IMG/VR virus record: IMGVR_UViG_3300027780_001580
Location: 32,001-96,000 of that record
Length of the DNA: 64,000 bases
DNA from: a virus
Lineage: Duplodnaviria > Caudoviricetes
Strand: one strand, 5' to 3'
Position numbers and translations under genes: made by a program. The number at the start of each line of letters is the position of its first letter. Positions within the stretch are counted from its first letter, which is position 1. Positions 44,172 through 53,661 of the stretch are shown here, piece after piece. A model generated the notes under the pieces. The model worked only from the letters and a program-made list of their open reading frames with translations. It searched no databases and was not told the origin of the DNA.

Positions 44172-45662
44172 ATGGCATATACTATTGACAGATATAACGG
44201 AACTACTTTAACAGTTGTTGAAGATGGTACCGTCGATCAAACTACTGATATTAAATTAGTAGGTAAGAATTACGCCGGTTACGGTGAGATCCAAAACGAG
44301 AACTTTTTACACTTACTAGAAAACTTTAGTGGTGCTAACCAGCCTCCGAAGGCCATTTCAGGACAGGTTTGGTACGATTCGGGTGCTAATAAACTAAAAT
44401 TCTATGATGGATCCAAATTTAGAACAACAGGCGGCGCTGAAGTTGCCGCAACTGCACCAGCTGGTTTAGCTACTGGCGATTTATGGTGGGATTCGACAAA
44501 CGAACAACTATATGCATACAGCGGATCAGGATATGTACTAATTGGCCCACAAGGTGCAGGTACAACTGTAACACAGATGGTTTCAGCTAATGTAAGAGAT
44601 ACAACTAATGTAAACAGATTAGTTATCAAAGCCGTTGTTAACGATGAAACAATCTATATTATTAGTGGTGCAACGTTTACTATTGATAATACAGATCCGT
44701 CAAACGCTATTACAGGCTTTGATGTTGTTAAAAAGGGTCTAACACTAAGAAATACTATGAATGCCGCAGGCGGTGTTACAAGTACACAAGACTATTTTTG
44801 GGGTACAGCTAGTAACTCATTAAAACTAGGTGGATATACTGCTACTGATTTTGCGTTAGCAGGTTCAGGATCATTTACATCACTTGTTAGTTTTGCAGAT
44901 GCAGGTATTTCAATTGGTAACTCCAGCGATTTAAAAATCTTTATTGAAAATGACAATGAAGCAGTTATTAAAAATGATGTTGGAACAAAAATTAAACTTA
45001 AAGTTGATACCTCAGGCGGTGTTGAACAGCATGTAGCAACAGTTACAGATACAGGAATTGTACCAGGATCACATAACACATATGATATTGGCGCAACAAG
45101 CAATGTATTCAAAGATATCCATGCAACTAACTTTAAAGGGTTAGCAGAAAATGCACAGAAATTACAAGTTGGTGCAAACTACCGTAGTGCAGATACAGCG
45201 GCTACTAACAATACAGTAGCAGTTAGAGATGCAAGTGGTAACCTAGTAGCAAACAAATTTACAGGTACAGCAACATCAGCAGAATATGCGGATTTAGCGG
45301 AAAAGTACACAACAGCAGAAGAACTTCCAACAGGAACTATTGTTTCAGTAGTTAAATTTGACGAAGATATTGACGCAGAAGTTAGACCAATAGAACCAAC
45401 AGAAATTCCAATTGGTGTAATTAGTGCTCAACCAGCGTTCTTAATGAACAGTACTATTGAAGGTCAAGCAGTTGCACTTAAAGGACGGGTACCAGTAAGA
45501 GTTAAAGGACCTGTAAATAAAGGCGAAGCAATTTATGCAGACATGGACGGCATTGGTCAAACGATTAGACCAGAAGGCCATTTCTTAGTAGGTATTAGCT
45601 TAGAATCATGGGAACCAGAAGAAGACGAAGAAGGCTTAGTAGAAGCCGTATTAAAGGTATAA
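44172..45662 (+). CDS. Tail fibre/spike with C-terminal intramolecular chaperone (autocleavage-type)
   Basis: Same N-terminal domain. C-terminal YADLAEKY...GVIS..PAFLMN...VALKGRVPVRV. GATAAATA promoter at 44144-44151. Confidence 0.75.
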   Translation: MAYTIDRYNGTTLTVVEDGTVDQTTDIKLVGKNYAGYGEIQNENFLHLLENFSGANQPPKAISGQVWYDSGANKLKFYDGSKFRTTGGAEVAATAPAGLATGDLWWDSTNEQLYAYSGSGYVLIGPQGAGTTVTQMVSANVRDTTNVNRLVIKAVVNDETIYIISGATFTIDNTDPSNAITGFDVVKKGLTLRNTMNAAGGVTSTQDYFWGTASNSLKLGGYTATDFALAGSGSFTSLVSFADAGISIGNSSDLKIFIENDNEAVIKNDVGTKIKLKVDTSGGVEQHVATVTDTGIVPGSHNTYDIGATSNVFKDIHATNFKGLAENAQKLQVGANYRSADTAATNNTVAVRDASGNLVANKFTGTATSAEYADLAEKYTTAEELPTGTIVSVVKFDEDIDAEVRPIEPTEIPIGVISAQPAFLMNSTIEGQAVALKGRVPVRVKGPVNKGEAIYADMDGIGQTIRPEGHFLVGISLESWEPEEDEEGLVEAVLKV

Positions 45663-45666
45663 AATT

Positions 45667-46560
45667 ATGGCAGTCGGCGATATAATCACAGCGGCAAGGT
45701 ACAACAACTTACAATCAAGAGTAGCAACGGTGATGGGAGTAGGGTCAGGAGATGACGGCTACGGACAGAACTTAAATAGTGCCCAAGTTGGAGTTGCTGA
45801 TACAGTACAAGCAATTGATATTAATCAGTTGTATCAAGATATGAGTGCTGGTCGTATTCACCAAACAGGTGCAGTACCATCAGAAATTAACCTTGTTACG
45901 CAAAACGTTGACGTTGTGCTTGACAGTGATACAATTAACAAAAAAGGTATTGTACAATTTGAAAATCTTGCTACAACACTTGAAAATGATAAATTTGTAG
46001 CACATGCAACTCAAGTAACAACAGAAGCGGCCATTGCTGGTACTAGAACAACCGCCTGGAACGGAACATTATCACATATTATTGATATTGCATTTACTGA
46101 TGCAGGCCATCAAAGACACTTTTTTAATGCAGGTGGAGAAGTCCGCTTTGCTTCCAACATTACATATGTTGGCTCTGACTCAAAAACAATTGACTGGATG
46201 ACTATGTTAGTTAACATGGGCACAGTTACTATGAATTATACTAACACAGTTGCGTCAGGCTCGGGTTCAGGCTCAGCAATTGGTTATCACGACCTAACTT
46301 CTAGTTACCAACAACTTTTTGAAAAAACAGGCTCAGGCTTATATGCCGCAAACGACTACAAGATCGAAGGATCAAAAGTAAGTAGCACAATTTTACGTTT
46401 CAAAGTTACGTTTAATGACGATAACACAGGTAATCCAAATACTGATGAAAACGTACAAGGTGTTCTTAACAGTACAATCACGCAAACAAGACCAACTGGA
46501 GCGGCAGTTTCATTGGTATCCCCTACGTACTCCACTAACGGCAGTTCAAATCTAACTTAA
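45667..46560 (+). CDS. Virion structural protein
   Basis: Thr/Gly-rich ORF at the end of the fibre block; motifs GDIITAARYN, GYGQ and RHFFNAGGEVRF. Confidence 0.6.
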   Translation: MAVGDIITAARYNNLQSRVATVMGVGSGDDGYGQNLNSAQVGVADTVQAIDINQLYQDMSAGRIHQTGAVPSEINLVTQNVDVVLDSDTINKKGIVQFENLATTLENDKFVAHATQVTTEAAIAGTRTTAWNGTLSHIIDIAFTDAGHQRHFFNAGGEVRFASNITYVGSDSKTIDWMTMLVNMGTVTMNYTNTVASGSGSGSAIGYHDLTSSYQQLFEKTGSGLYAANDYKIEGSKVSSTILRFKVTFNDDNTGNPNTDENVQGVLNSTITQTRPTGAAVSLVSPTYSTNGSSNLT

Positions 46561-46563
46561 AAC

Positions 46564-46592
46564 TTGACTTTCTCCTTTAAATAGTGTATAAT
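46564..46592 (+). promoter_or_regulatory. Sigma70 promoter with a nested late motif
   Basis: TTGACT(46564)-N17-TATAAT(46587), with TTAAATA at 46577-46583 inside the spacer and AAGGAG SD downstream. Confidence 0.8.
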
Positions 46593-46611
46593 ACACTTAA
46601 AGGAGATCCTT

Positions 46612-46965
46612 ATGGACGAACGTCTTGAAAAAGCATTAGATTTTGCTAATTACATGACTACTCTTAATAACCAAAAAAGAGTAATAAAAGAGAAGTTTTA
46701 CGAAAGTGCAATTCATTATCATAACGGTGGACAATTCTCCGTAAGCAAAGACCTAATGAACTTCTGTAATATGTTAGTACAAACAGGTCAAGAGTCTGTG
46801 GTGTTAATTGACGACAATGATATACCTGTAAAGGTCGAAAACGTAGAAGACTTTCTTAGCGATGTATTAGATATCTACTTTACAGCATCAAACGAATACC
46901 TAACTGCATACGAAAAAATTAGAAGTCAGCGTAAGGTATCTGGACTTGTAGAATATGAGGAGTAA
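46612..46965 (+). CDS. Hypothetical protein
   Basis: 117-aa ORF with strong SD; first gene of the modification cluster. Confidence 0.75.
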   Translation: MDERLEKALDFANYMTTLNNQKRVIKEKFYESAIHYHNGGQFSVSKDLMNFCNMLVQTGQESVVLIDDNDIPVKVENVEDFLSDVLDIYFTASNEYLTAYEKIRSQRKVSGLVEYEE

Positions 46966-47803
46966 AGGCGCATTAATCTTTGCTAGGAATAATGCCCAAG
47001 TTGATTATATTAAACAAGCTCATTATCTAGCAAAACGTATTACTAAATATCTCGGCATTCCAACGACTATTGTTACAGATAGTATCGAGTATATGAAAGA
47101 AACATATACTGACTATGATACTGTATTTGATCAAGTAATTGAAGTTCCATTTGCTAGAGCTCTTAGCGAAAAGAGATACTTTGATGGATCAGGTGTGTAC
47201 AAACAACTTGAATTTAAAAACGACCTCCGAACACAAGCATACGAACTAAGCCCATATGATGAAACTATCTTATTAGACAGTGATTACATTATTGCAAATG
47301 ATGTGTTAACGCATTGTTTTGAGCAAGACAGTAATTTTTTAATTTACAAAGATGCAAGTGACTTAACAGGGTTTAGAGATAATACAGAATTCCTTAAAAT
47401 TAGTGAAACTAGTGTAGACTTCTATTGGGCTACTGTTGTATTTTTTAGAAAAACAAAAGACAATAAAGTGTTCTTTGATCTAACTAAACATATACAAGAA
47501 AACTGGCAACACTACAATAGTATTTTTCAAATTAACAAACCAACGTTTCGTAATGACTGGGTGTTTAGTATTGCTATACATATTATGAATGGTTACCAAG
47601 ATGGTGATTTTGCAAATAAGTTACCAGGTAAAAAATACTACACAGCAGACAGAGATATACTATGGAAATTAGAAGATGATAATTTTCTATTCTTAGTTGA
47701 GAAAGAACAACACCTTGGAGAATATACCCCATTGCGTATTAAAGGTAGTAGTGTACATGTAATGAATAAATTTAGTTTGAATAGGGTCATTGATAATGCT
47801 TAA
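46955..47803 (+). CDS. GT-A fold glycosyltransferase-like protein (GT8-like)
   Basis: SPYDETILLDSDY (DxD motif) and YWATVVFF. Confidence 0.65.
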   Translation: MRSKGALIFARNNAQVDYIKQAHYLAKRITKYLGIPTTIVTDSIEYMKETYTDYDTVFDQVIEVPFARALSEKRYFDGSGVYKQLEFKNDLRTQAYELSPYDETILLDSDYIIANDVLTHCFEQDSNFLIYKDASDLTGFRDNTEFLKISETSVDFYWATVVFFRKTKDNKVFFDLTKHIQENWQHYNSIFQINKPTFRNDWVFSIAIHIMNGYQDGDFANKLPGKKYYTADRDILWKLEDDNFLFLVEKEQHLGEYTPLRIKGSSVHVMNKFSLNRVIDNA

Positions 47804-48638
47804 TGGCTCTAAAGGCATCGTTTTACTGGCGCAAAACAGCACACACGACTACGTAAAGCAGGCCTGTGTGCTGGCAATGAGCATCAGGGCTACTAATGAC
47901 ACTAACGTCTGCTTGTTAACCGACGATAAAGTACCATCTAGGTATTTACACCTGTTTGATTGCATCAAACCTATACCATGGAACGATGATGCAACTGATA
48001 CAGAGTGGAAAGTAAACAACCGTTGGAAGTTATACCATGCAAGTCCGTATGATGAAACTATCGTAATGGACACTGATATGCTTGTATTACAAAACATTGA
48101 TACATGGTGGGACTTTTTAGGCAACTATGAAATGTTCTATGTTAGCAAAGTATACACATACCGAGGTACTGTAGTAAATGATACTTACTATCGTAAGACA
48201 TTTAAAGCAAATGACTTACCTAACTTGTATGCTGGCTTACATTACTTTAAAAAGTGTGATTTTGCAAAGGAGTTTTATACTTGGTTAGAACTAGTTATGA
48301 ACAACTGGCAACTATTTTATGGAAAGTATGCACCTAAGCAATACCAAAACTGGTTAAGTGTTGATACTAGTACTGCAATCGTAGCAAAGATACTAGACTG
48401 CGAAGATAAGATAACAAACAAGAAAGTTTCCTTTCCAAGTTTTACACATATGAAGCCTAAGATACAAGGTTGGTATAACCCTAGCGAAACATGGCGTAGT
48501 AGAGTAGGCAGTTATCTAACAGATGACCTAGCATTAAAAATAGGCAATCATCAACAGCAAGGCATTTTTCATTATACTGAAAAAGAGTTCTTAACAGATG
48601 ACAAAGTTGCAAAATATGAAAAGGGTATTGGGATATGA
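47796..48638 (+). CDS. GT-A fold glycosyltransferase-like protein, paralog of the previous gene
   Basis: SPYDETIVMDTDM (DxD), NLYAGLHYF and FHY..K. ATG 47796 is preferred over TTG 47790. Confidence 0.65.
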   Translation: MLNGSKGIVLLAQNSTHDYVKQACVLAMSIRATNDTNVCLLTDDKVPSRYLHLFDCIKPIPWNDDATDTEWKVNNRWKLYHASPYDETIVMDTDMLVLQNIDTWWDFLGNYEMFYVSKVYTYRGTVVNDTYYRKTFKANDLPNLYAGLHYFKKCDFAKEFYTWLELVMNNWQLFYGKYAPKQYQNWLSVDTSTAIVAKILDCEDKITNKKVSFPSFTHMKPKIQGWYNPSETWRSRVGSYLTDDLALKIGNHQQQGIFHYTEKEFLTDDKVAKYEKGIGI

Positions 48639-49225
48639 AACTAAGTTACACACAACCAATACACCAACGTTATGTAATATTTAATCCGTCAAATGGTGAC
48701 GTTCTTTCTTTGCCTAACTACAAACCAGAAGAAGGTAGTTATATTCCTGTAGAAGAAACGCAAGTTACAGGGTTACTTTCAGGCGCCGAACCATTAAGCT
48801 ATTACTATGTACACTACATTAAAAAAACTAAGACATATGAACTTAGACTACGAACTAATACTAGTATAGACAGCTATTTTGTTGACGACTTAATATATGA
48901 AGTTCCAATGACTTCAGAAGATAGTCCTGATATACATATTATACAAAACATTAACGATACTTGTTGGAAAATTACAATAGGTGGTGATCTAAAAGCAAAC
49001 ATATTAGCACAACGGGTTAGCTTTAAAAATACTTTGTATTTTAGTATAACTGAAAAGTCAGACCCAAATATATTACTAAAAACAATTTCATTTAATTTCT
49101 CAGAACTACATGATACCAAATACGTTATTGTTCCATTTGACAGTAAATTTGAATTTGAAGCAAAACCAGTTAGTGTGTATACCATCAAAAACTTTGATAG
49201 ATACATGTATGAGGTACACCAATGA
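48635..49225 (+). CDS. Hypothetical protein
   Basis: 196-aa ORF coupled to both neighbours by 4-nt overlaps. Confidence 0.7.
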   Translation: MKLSYTQPIHQRYVIFNPSNGDVLSLPNYKPEEGSYIPVEETQVTGLLSGAEPLSYYYVHYIKKTKTYELRLRTNTSIDSYFVDDLIYEVPMTSEDSPDIHIIQNINDTCWKITIGGDLKANILAQRVSFKNTLYFSITEKSDPNILLKTISFNFSELHDTKYVIVPFDSKFEFEAKPVSVYTIKNFDRYMYEVHQ

Positions 49226-50106
49226 AAATTAATATAGCTGAACAAGACATTATCTTCTTATCGTACGATGAACCAAATTGCGAAAAGAACTATGTTGATT
49301 TAATCAATAAAGTGCCCTGGGCCAAACGTGTACATGGTGTAGATGGCAGTGATGCCGCACACAAAGCGTGTGCAGAACTTAGTGAAACCAAACACTTTGT
49401 TACAGTTGATGGTGATACAGTTATTGATCCAGCATTTTTAAATGTAGTATTAGACTTAGATGCACTAGGAGTTGATGATGACTACCAATTTAGTTGGTGC
49501 GGTAACATTAATGTTAACGGATTAAAGTACGGCAACGGCAGTTTAAAAATGTGGACTAAAGATTTTGTAAAAAATATGAAAACACATGAGAACACAGATG
49601 GTGGCGCAGACACTAGTATTGAATTTTGTTACTTTGATAATTATTATCAACTAAATGACAATTACAGTACTAGTATTATTAGTGCTACTCCACATCAAGC
49701 ATGGAGAGCAGGGTTCCGTGAAGGTGTAAAGATGAGTTTGAATAGAGGAGCCAAAGTTAAAGACGTTGCAAGTGAAACTTGGTGGCAAAACTATCAACGT
49801 TTGTTAATATGGATGCAAGTTGGTGCTGATGTAGACAACGGTATATGGAGTGTAGCAGGAGCCAGACAAGGGTGCTACATGACAACGTGTACTGATTGGG
49901 ATCACGTACAAACAAGAGACTTTAAATACTTAAACGAGTTATGGCTTTCTACAAAAGACAAGGATCCAATGGAACTTGCTCAGCACTATGGTAAGACACT
50001 TAACAGCGAACAAGGCTTACCAATCTCAACTAACCCATTTGACGAAGAACAAAGTCATTTTTTTAAAGAAGTGTATGTTAACACAGACAGGGTATTACGC
50101 AAATGA
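49222..50106 (+). CDS. Glycosyltransferase-like protein (GT-A)
   Basis: DIIFLSYDEPN, RVHGVDG..AAH and VTVDGD (DxD), plus AWRAGFREGVK. Confidence 0.6.
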   Translation: MKINIAEQDIIFLSYDEPNCEKNYVDLINKVPWAKRVHGVDGSDAAHKACAELSETKHFVTVDGDTVIDPAFLNVVLDLDALGVDDDYQFSWCGNINVNGLKYGNGSLKMWTKDFVKNMKTHENTDGGADTSIEFCYFDNYYQLNDNYSTSIISATPHQAWRAGFREGVKMSLNRGAKVKDVASETWWQNYQRLLIWMQVGADVDNGIWSVAGARQGCYMTTCTDWDHVQTRDFKYLNELWLSTKDKDPMELAQHYGKTLNSEQGLPISTNPFDEEQSHFFKEVYVNTDRVLRK

Positions 50107-50270
50107 GTAAATTAGAAGAAACTTGCGAAAATTGTCGTATAGCAATAAGCACAGACAGCATTGAAGTAGACAGTAGTACAGGAAACTTATACTTAGAGGC
50201 AGGAATCTTAGTAGCAGTGATAGCAGTATTGTACATTGGCAAGAAATTAGTGGACAAGTATATTAAATGA
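50103..50270 (+). CDS. Small CxxC-containing membrane protein (55 aa)
   Basis: Not in the ORF track. MSKLEETCENCRIAISTDSIEVDSSTGNLYLEAGILVAVIAVLYIGKKLVDKYIK, with ATGA overlaps at both ends. Confidence 0.65.
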   Translation: MSKLEETCENCRIAISTDSIEVDSSTGNLYLEAGILVAVIAVLYIGKKLVDKYIK

Positions 50271-51640
50271 GCGAACTAGAAAAAATTAAAACAGTAATGC
50301 CTATTGTTGAGGCTGAAACTTCGCCAACATTTTGTTTAGCAAAGTGGCATCACACAACTATCTATCTTGCAACAGGTGAAACACATAGTTGTTATCATCC
50401 TGCTCCTCATAAAATTCCTTTAGAAGAATTAAAAGATAATCCTAGTGCATTACACAACACAAAGCAAAAGAAAGCTGAACGTAGTGCAATGATGTGCGGA
50501 GATAAACCAGACGGTTGTAGTTACTGTTGGAAAATTGAAGCAATGGGTAAAGATTTTGTTAGTGATAGACATATTAAAACTACTAGTATCTATACTGAGG
50601 AAAGAGTAGCGGAAATAAAACAAAAAGGGGCGGATTTTAACGTAAATCCTGAGTACATTGAAATTAGTTTTAGTAACGAGTGTAATTTTAAGTGCGGATA
50701 TTGTCACCCTAAAGCTTCTAGTAGGTACTATAACGAAATAAAACAGCACGGACCATACAACATGTCAAGCACACACAGGCAAGACATTGATTGGTTTGAA
50801 ATACAGAAGGACGAGGATACTAATCCATATGTAAAAGCGTTCTGGGAATGGTGGCCAGAGCTTAGTAAGACATTAAATATTTTACGTATCACAGGCGGTG
50901 AGCCATTAATGCATAAAAGTTTTTGGAACTTGTTAGAAAAATTAGACAACGATCCTAAACCTCATATCCAAATTGAAGTTAACAGTAACATGGGCGTTAA
51001 GCCTAAGCTAGTTGAAAGATTAACTACAACTGTGAAGCGTCTTAAAGCAGAAGGCAAAATTAAAAGTTTTAAACTATACACTAGTATTGATACTTGGGGA
51101 CCAAGAGCTGAATATGCACGTACAGGGTTAGACATTAAGTTATGGGAACAAAACTTAGATTACTATCTAACTGAAACAAATTGGCCTGTGACATTTATGA
51201 TTACATTTAATATATTTGGAGTAACTAGTTTTAATCAGTTACTAGAAAAAATATTAGAATGGCGTGAAAAATATAATAGCGATGATAATGCTACACAATG
51301 GCAACGTATTAGGTTTGATACACCTCACCTAAAAGAGCCTAGTATATATGATATGAACATATTGCCCAAGGACGAATTTATACCATACATGGAAAAACAT
51401 TTACAGTACATGCGTGATAATCAAGACGACCAAAGCAGATCTAAATTTACAGAACTAGAAGTAGAAAAGTTTAAACGTGTTGTTGAGTACATGCGTACAA
51501 CACATTACGAGCCACGTAAGTTAGAACAAGCACGTAAAGATTTCCATAACTGGTTTAAAGAATTTGATCGCAGGCGTGATTGTAGCTTAGTAGAAACATT
51601 TCCTGAACTAGAGGAGTTTTACAATGACTGCGGAAAGTAG
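50267..51640 (+). CDS. Radical SAM protein with N-terminal twitch-like Fe-S domain
   Basis: CNFKCGYC and TGGEP; N-terminal FCLAKW...SCYH...CSYCW. Confidence 0.9.
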   Translation: MSELEKIKTVMPIVEAETSPTFCLAKWHHTTIYLATGETHSCYHPAPHKIPLEELKDNPSALHNTKQKKAERSAMMCGDKPDGCSYCWKIEAMGKDFVSDRHIKTTSIYTEERVAEIKQKGADFNVNPEYIEISFSNECNFKCGYCHPKASSRYYNEIKQHGPYNMSSTHRQDIDWFEIQKDEDTNPYVKAFWEWWPELSKTLNILRITGGEPLMHKSFWNLLEKLDNDPKPHIQIEVNSNMGVKPKLVERLTTTVKRLKAEGKIKSFKLYTSIDTWGPRAEYARTGLDIKLWEQNLDYYLTETNWPVTFMITFNIFGVTSFNQLLEKILEWREKYNSDDNATQWQRIRFDTPHLKEPSIYDMNILPKDEFIPYMEKHLQYMRDNQDDQSRSKFTELEVEKFKRVVEYMRTTHYEPRKLEQARKDFHNWFKEFDRRRDCSLVETFPELEEFYNDCGK

Positions 51641-52817
51641 CACTTTTTGTATTCTTCCGTGGATCCATTTCTACGCAAATCCAGACGGTAATGTACTCCC
51701 TTGTTGCATTGGAGATTGGCGTCAACCTCTTGGAAATACTCGTAACAACACTATTCAAGAAATTTGGAATAGTGAAGAATATAAAAAGTTACGACTAGCA
51801 TTATTAAATAACGAAAAGCCTAGTACGTGTACACAATGTTGGAAGCATGAAGAAGCAGGTTTAGAAAGTAATAGGATTGCACAAAACAATCGCTTCATAA
51901 AGCATATTAATATAAAAGACGAAACCAAAATTGACGGTTCGTTGGACTTAATGAAGTTGTTATACTTTGATGTGCGTTGGAGTAATATTTGTAATTTTAA
52001 ATGTAGAACGTGTAGTAGCACATATAGTTCAAGTTGGGCATTAGAAGATAATAAGAACGGCGAAAAGAAACCTGTATATATTTTTGCAGGCGGAGACAGT
52101 AACGAAGATTTATTTAATCAATTCAAACCTTATCTTAAAGATATACAAGATTATTATTTTGCAGGAGGCGAGCCTCTAATTACAGATAAGCATTATGATA
52201 TTTTAGATTACTTAATTGAAAATAAAAAGACTGATGCTATACTACAATACAATAGTAATTTAAGTAACTTATTCTTTAAAAAGAAAAGCATTACAGAGTA
52301 TTGGAATAATTTTAAGCATGTTGAAGTACGTGCAAGTATTGACGGCTATGGAAATAGAGGCGAATACATTAGAGAAGGCACTGACTGGCCTACAATTGAA
52401 CAAAACTTAAAAATTATTAAAGAAGAAAGCCCACATGTAATTATTAGTTTTAATTGTGTAGTAAGTGCATTTAATGTATTAACACTTGTAGACTTTTTAG
52501 AATATATGACAAACAAAGGCTTTGATGTAAACAACAGTACGCTTTATAATATAGTTGAACCTAATTATTATAGCTTTAATGTATTAACAGACAATCAACG
52601 ACAAACAGCTATAGACAAGCTACAAGCGTATATAAACACAATAACACATACTGAGCATAAAAGACATGTACAAGGTGTTATTGATTATTTGCATAAGTCA
52701 ACATTTGATCAAAGTGCAAGTGACTTGTTTAAGTCTAAGAATATGTACTTTGATAAAATACGAAATCGATCGTTTGACGAAACGTTTCCAGAACTTAGTG
52801 ATGTATTAACGGATTAA
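51624..52817 (+). CDS. Radical SAM protein with N-terminal twitch domain
   Basis: CNFKCRTC and AGGEP; N-terminal FCILPW...PCC...CTQCW. Confidence 0.9.
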   Translation: MTAESSTFCILPWIHFYANPDGNVLPCCIGDWRQPLGNTRNNTIQEIWNSEEYKKLRLALLNNEKPSTCTQCWKHEEAGLESNRIAQNNRFIKHINIKDETKIDGSLDLMKLLYFDVRWSNICNFKCRTCSSTYSSSWALEDNKNGEKKPVYIFAGGDSNEDLFNQFKPYLKDIQDYYFAGGEPLITDKHYDILDYLIENKKTDAILQYNSNLSNLFFKKKSITEYWNNFKHVEVRASIDGYGNRGEYIREGTDWPTIEQNLKIIKEESPHVIISFNCVVSAFNVLTLVDFLEYMTNKGFDVNNSTLYNIVEPNYYSFNVLTDNQRQTAIDKLQAYINTITHTEHKRHVQGVIDYLHKSTFDQSASDLFKSKNMYFDKIRNRSFDETFPELSDVLTD

Positions 52818-53661
52818 TTTGGTCGCTTTGTCGCATAACAGTTTCATACGTTAGCATATCCAACCAACGCTTTTTCATTTCATAAAGACTAAAGCCATCA
52901 GTTTGACTGTTTACAGCAGACTTCATTAACTTAACCCATTTAGTTTGAGCTTCCCCAACTATTTTGTCAGTTTCATCTTTCCACTCATGTTTAAATATTT
53001 GCTTTAGATAATCGTAATGTTCAATTGGTGTTGGATGCCCGTCTTGGAATCTTTTATCAACAATTTTTCTATCTTTTACAAACTTAGCTTCTAGATTGTT
53101 AGCCCATAGTGTTTGATAAATGCTAGGAAGTATTGGATCTATACTTTCGTTGTATAACTCAATAAGAGTTTTTAGTTTTAATTCTACATTTCTTGCAAGA
53201 TTCCATTGATTAGGAAATTCAAAATCTAACATTTGTATCATGTGATGTTGTGTACGATGTTTAAGTAACTGATGAGCACTTTTAATTAGTGCAAAGTCTC
53301 TAACGTATGCACCGTACTCACTAAAAAAGTTTTGAATAAAGTCTTGAGGATACTCACTCTGTGAATATATGTTACCTGGAACTAGCCACCCGTCTTTCTC
53401 TGGCAGATATCTATCTTCTCTACATACATTAGTCCATTGCACAATAACTAAATCGTTGTGATCAAAGTTATAAACATTATCAGTCTGCATAATCATATTA
53501 TGAATATACTGATTACCTGCTCCACTACGGCCAAAGTTTCTAAACTCAGCATCAGGGAACTCAGCACCTAGTATGTTTGCCCATGTACCCCATAGATACC
53601 CAGTAAAGCTACAGCCAAATGTAAAAATCCTTTTAGGATGATTATGTATTAGTTTTTTCAT
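52795..53661 (-). CDS. SGNH/GDSL-like protein
   Basis: FGCSFT block I variant, NFGRSGAGN and DGHP block V. Confidence 0.6.
   Translation of the reverse strand: MKKLIHNHPKRIFTFGCSFTGYLWGTWANILGAEFPDAEFRNFGRSGAGNQYIHNMIMQTDNVYNFDHNDLVIVQWTNVCREDRYLPEKDGWLVPGNIYSQSEYPQDFIQNFFSEYGAYVRDFALIKSAHQLLKHRTQHHMIQMLDFEFPNQWNLARNVELKLKTLIELYNESIDPILPSIYQTLWANNLEAKFVKDRKIVDKRFQDGHPTPIEHYDYLKQIFKHEWKDETDKIVGEAQTKWVKLMKSAVNSQTDGFSLYEMKKRWLDMLTYETVMRQSDQINPLIHH

Noticed and set aside
24844-46560. Diversity-generating retroelement or invertible fibre cassette
   Set aside because: No reverse transcriptase, recombinase or adenine-mismatched repeat pair was seen by eye. A dot-plot would be needed to exclude it fully.
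52795-52817. 23-bp tail-to-tail overlap of convergent genes
   Set aside because: Common in compact phage genomes, with no additional structure seen.
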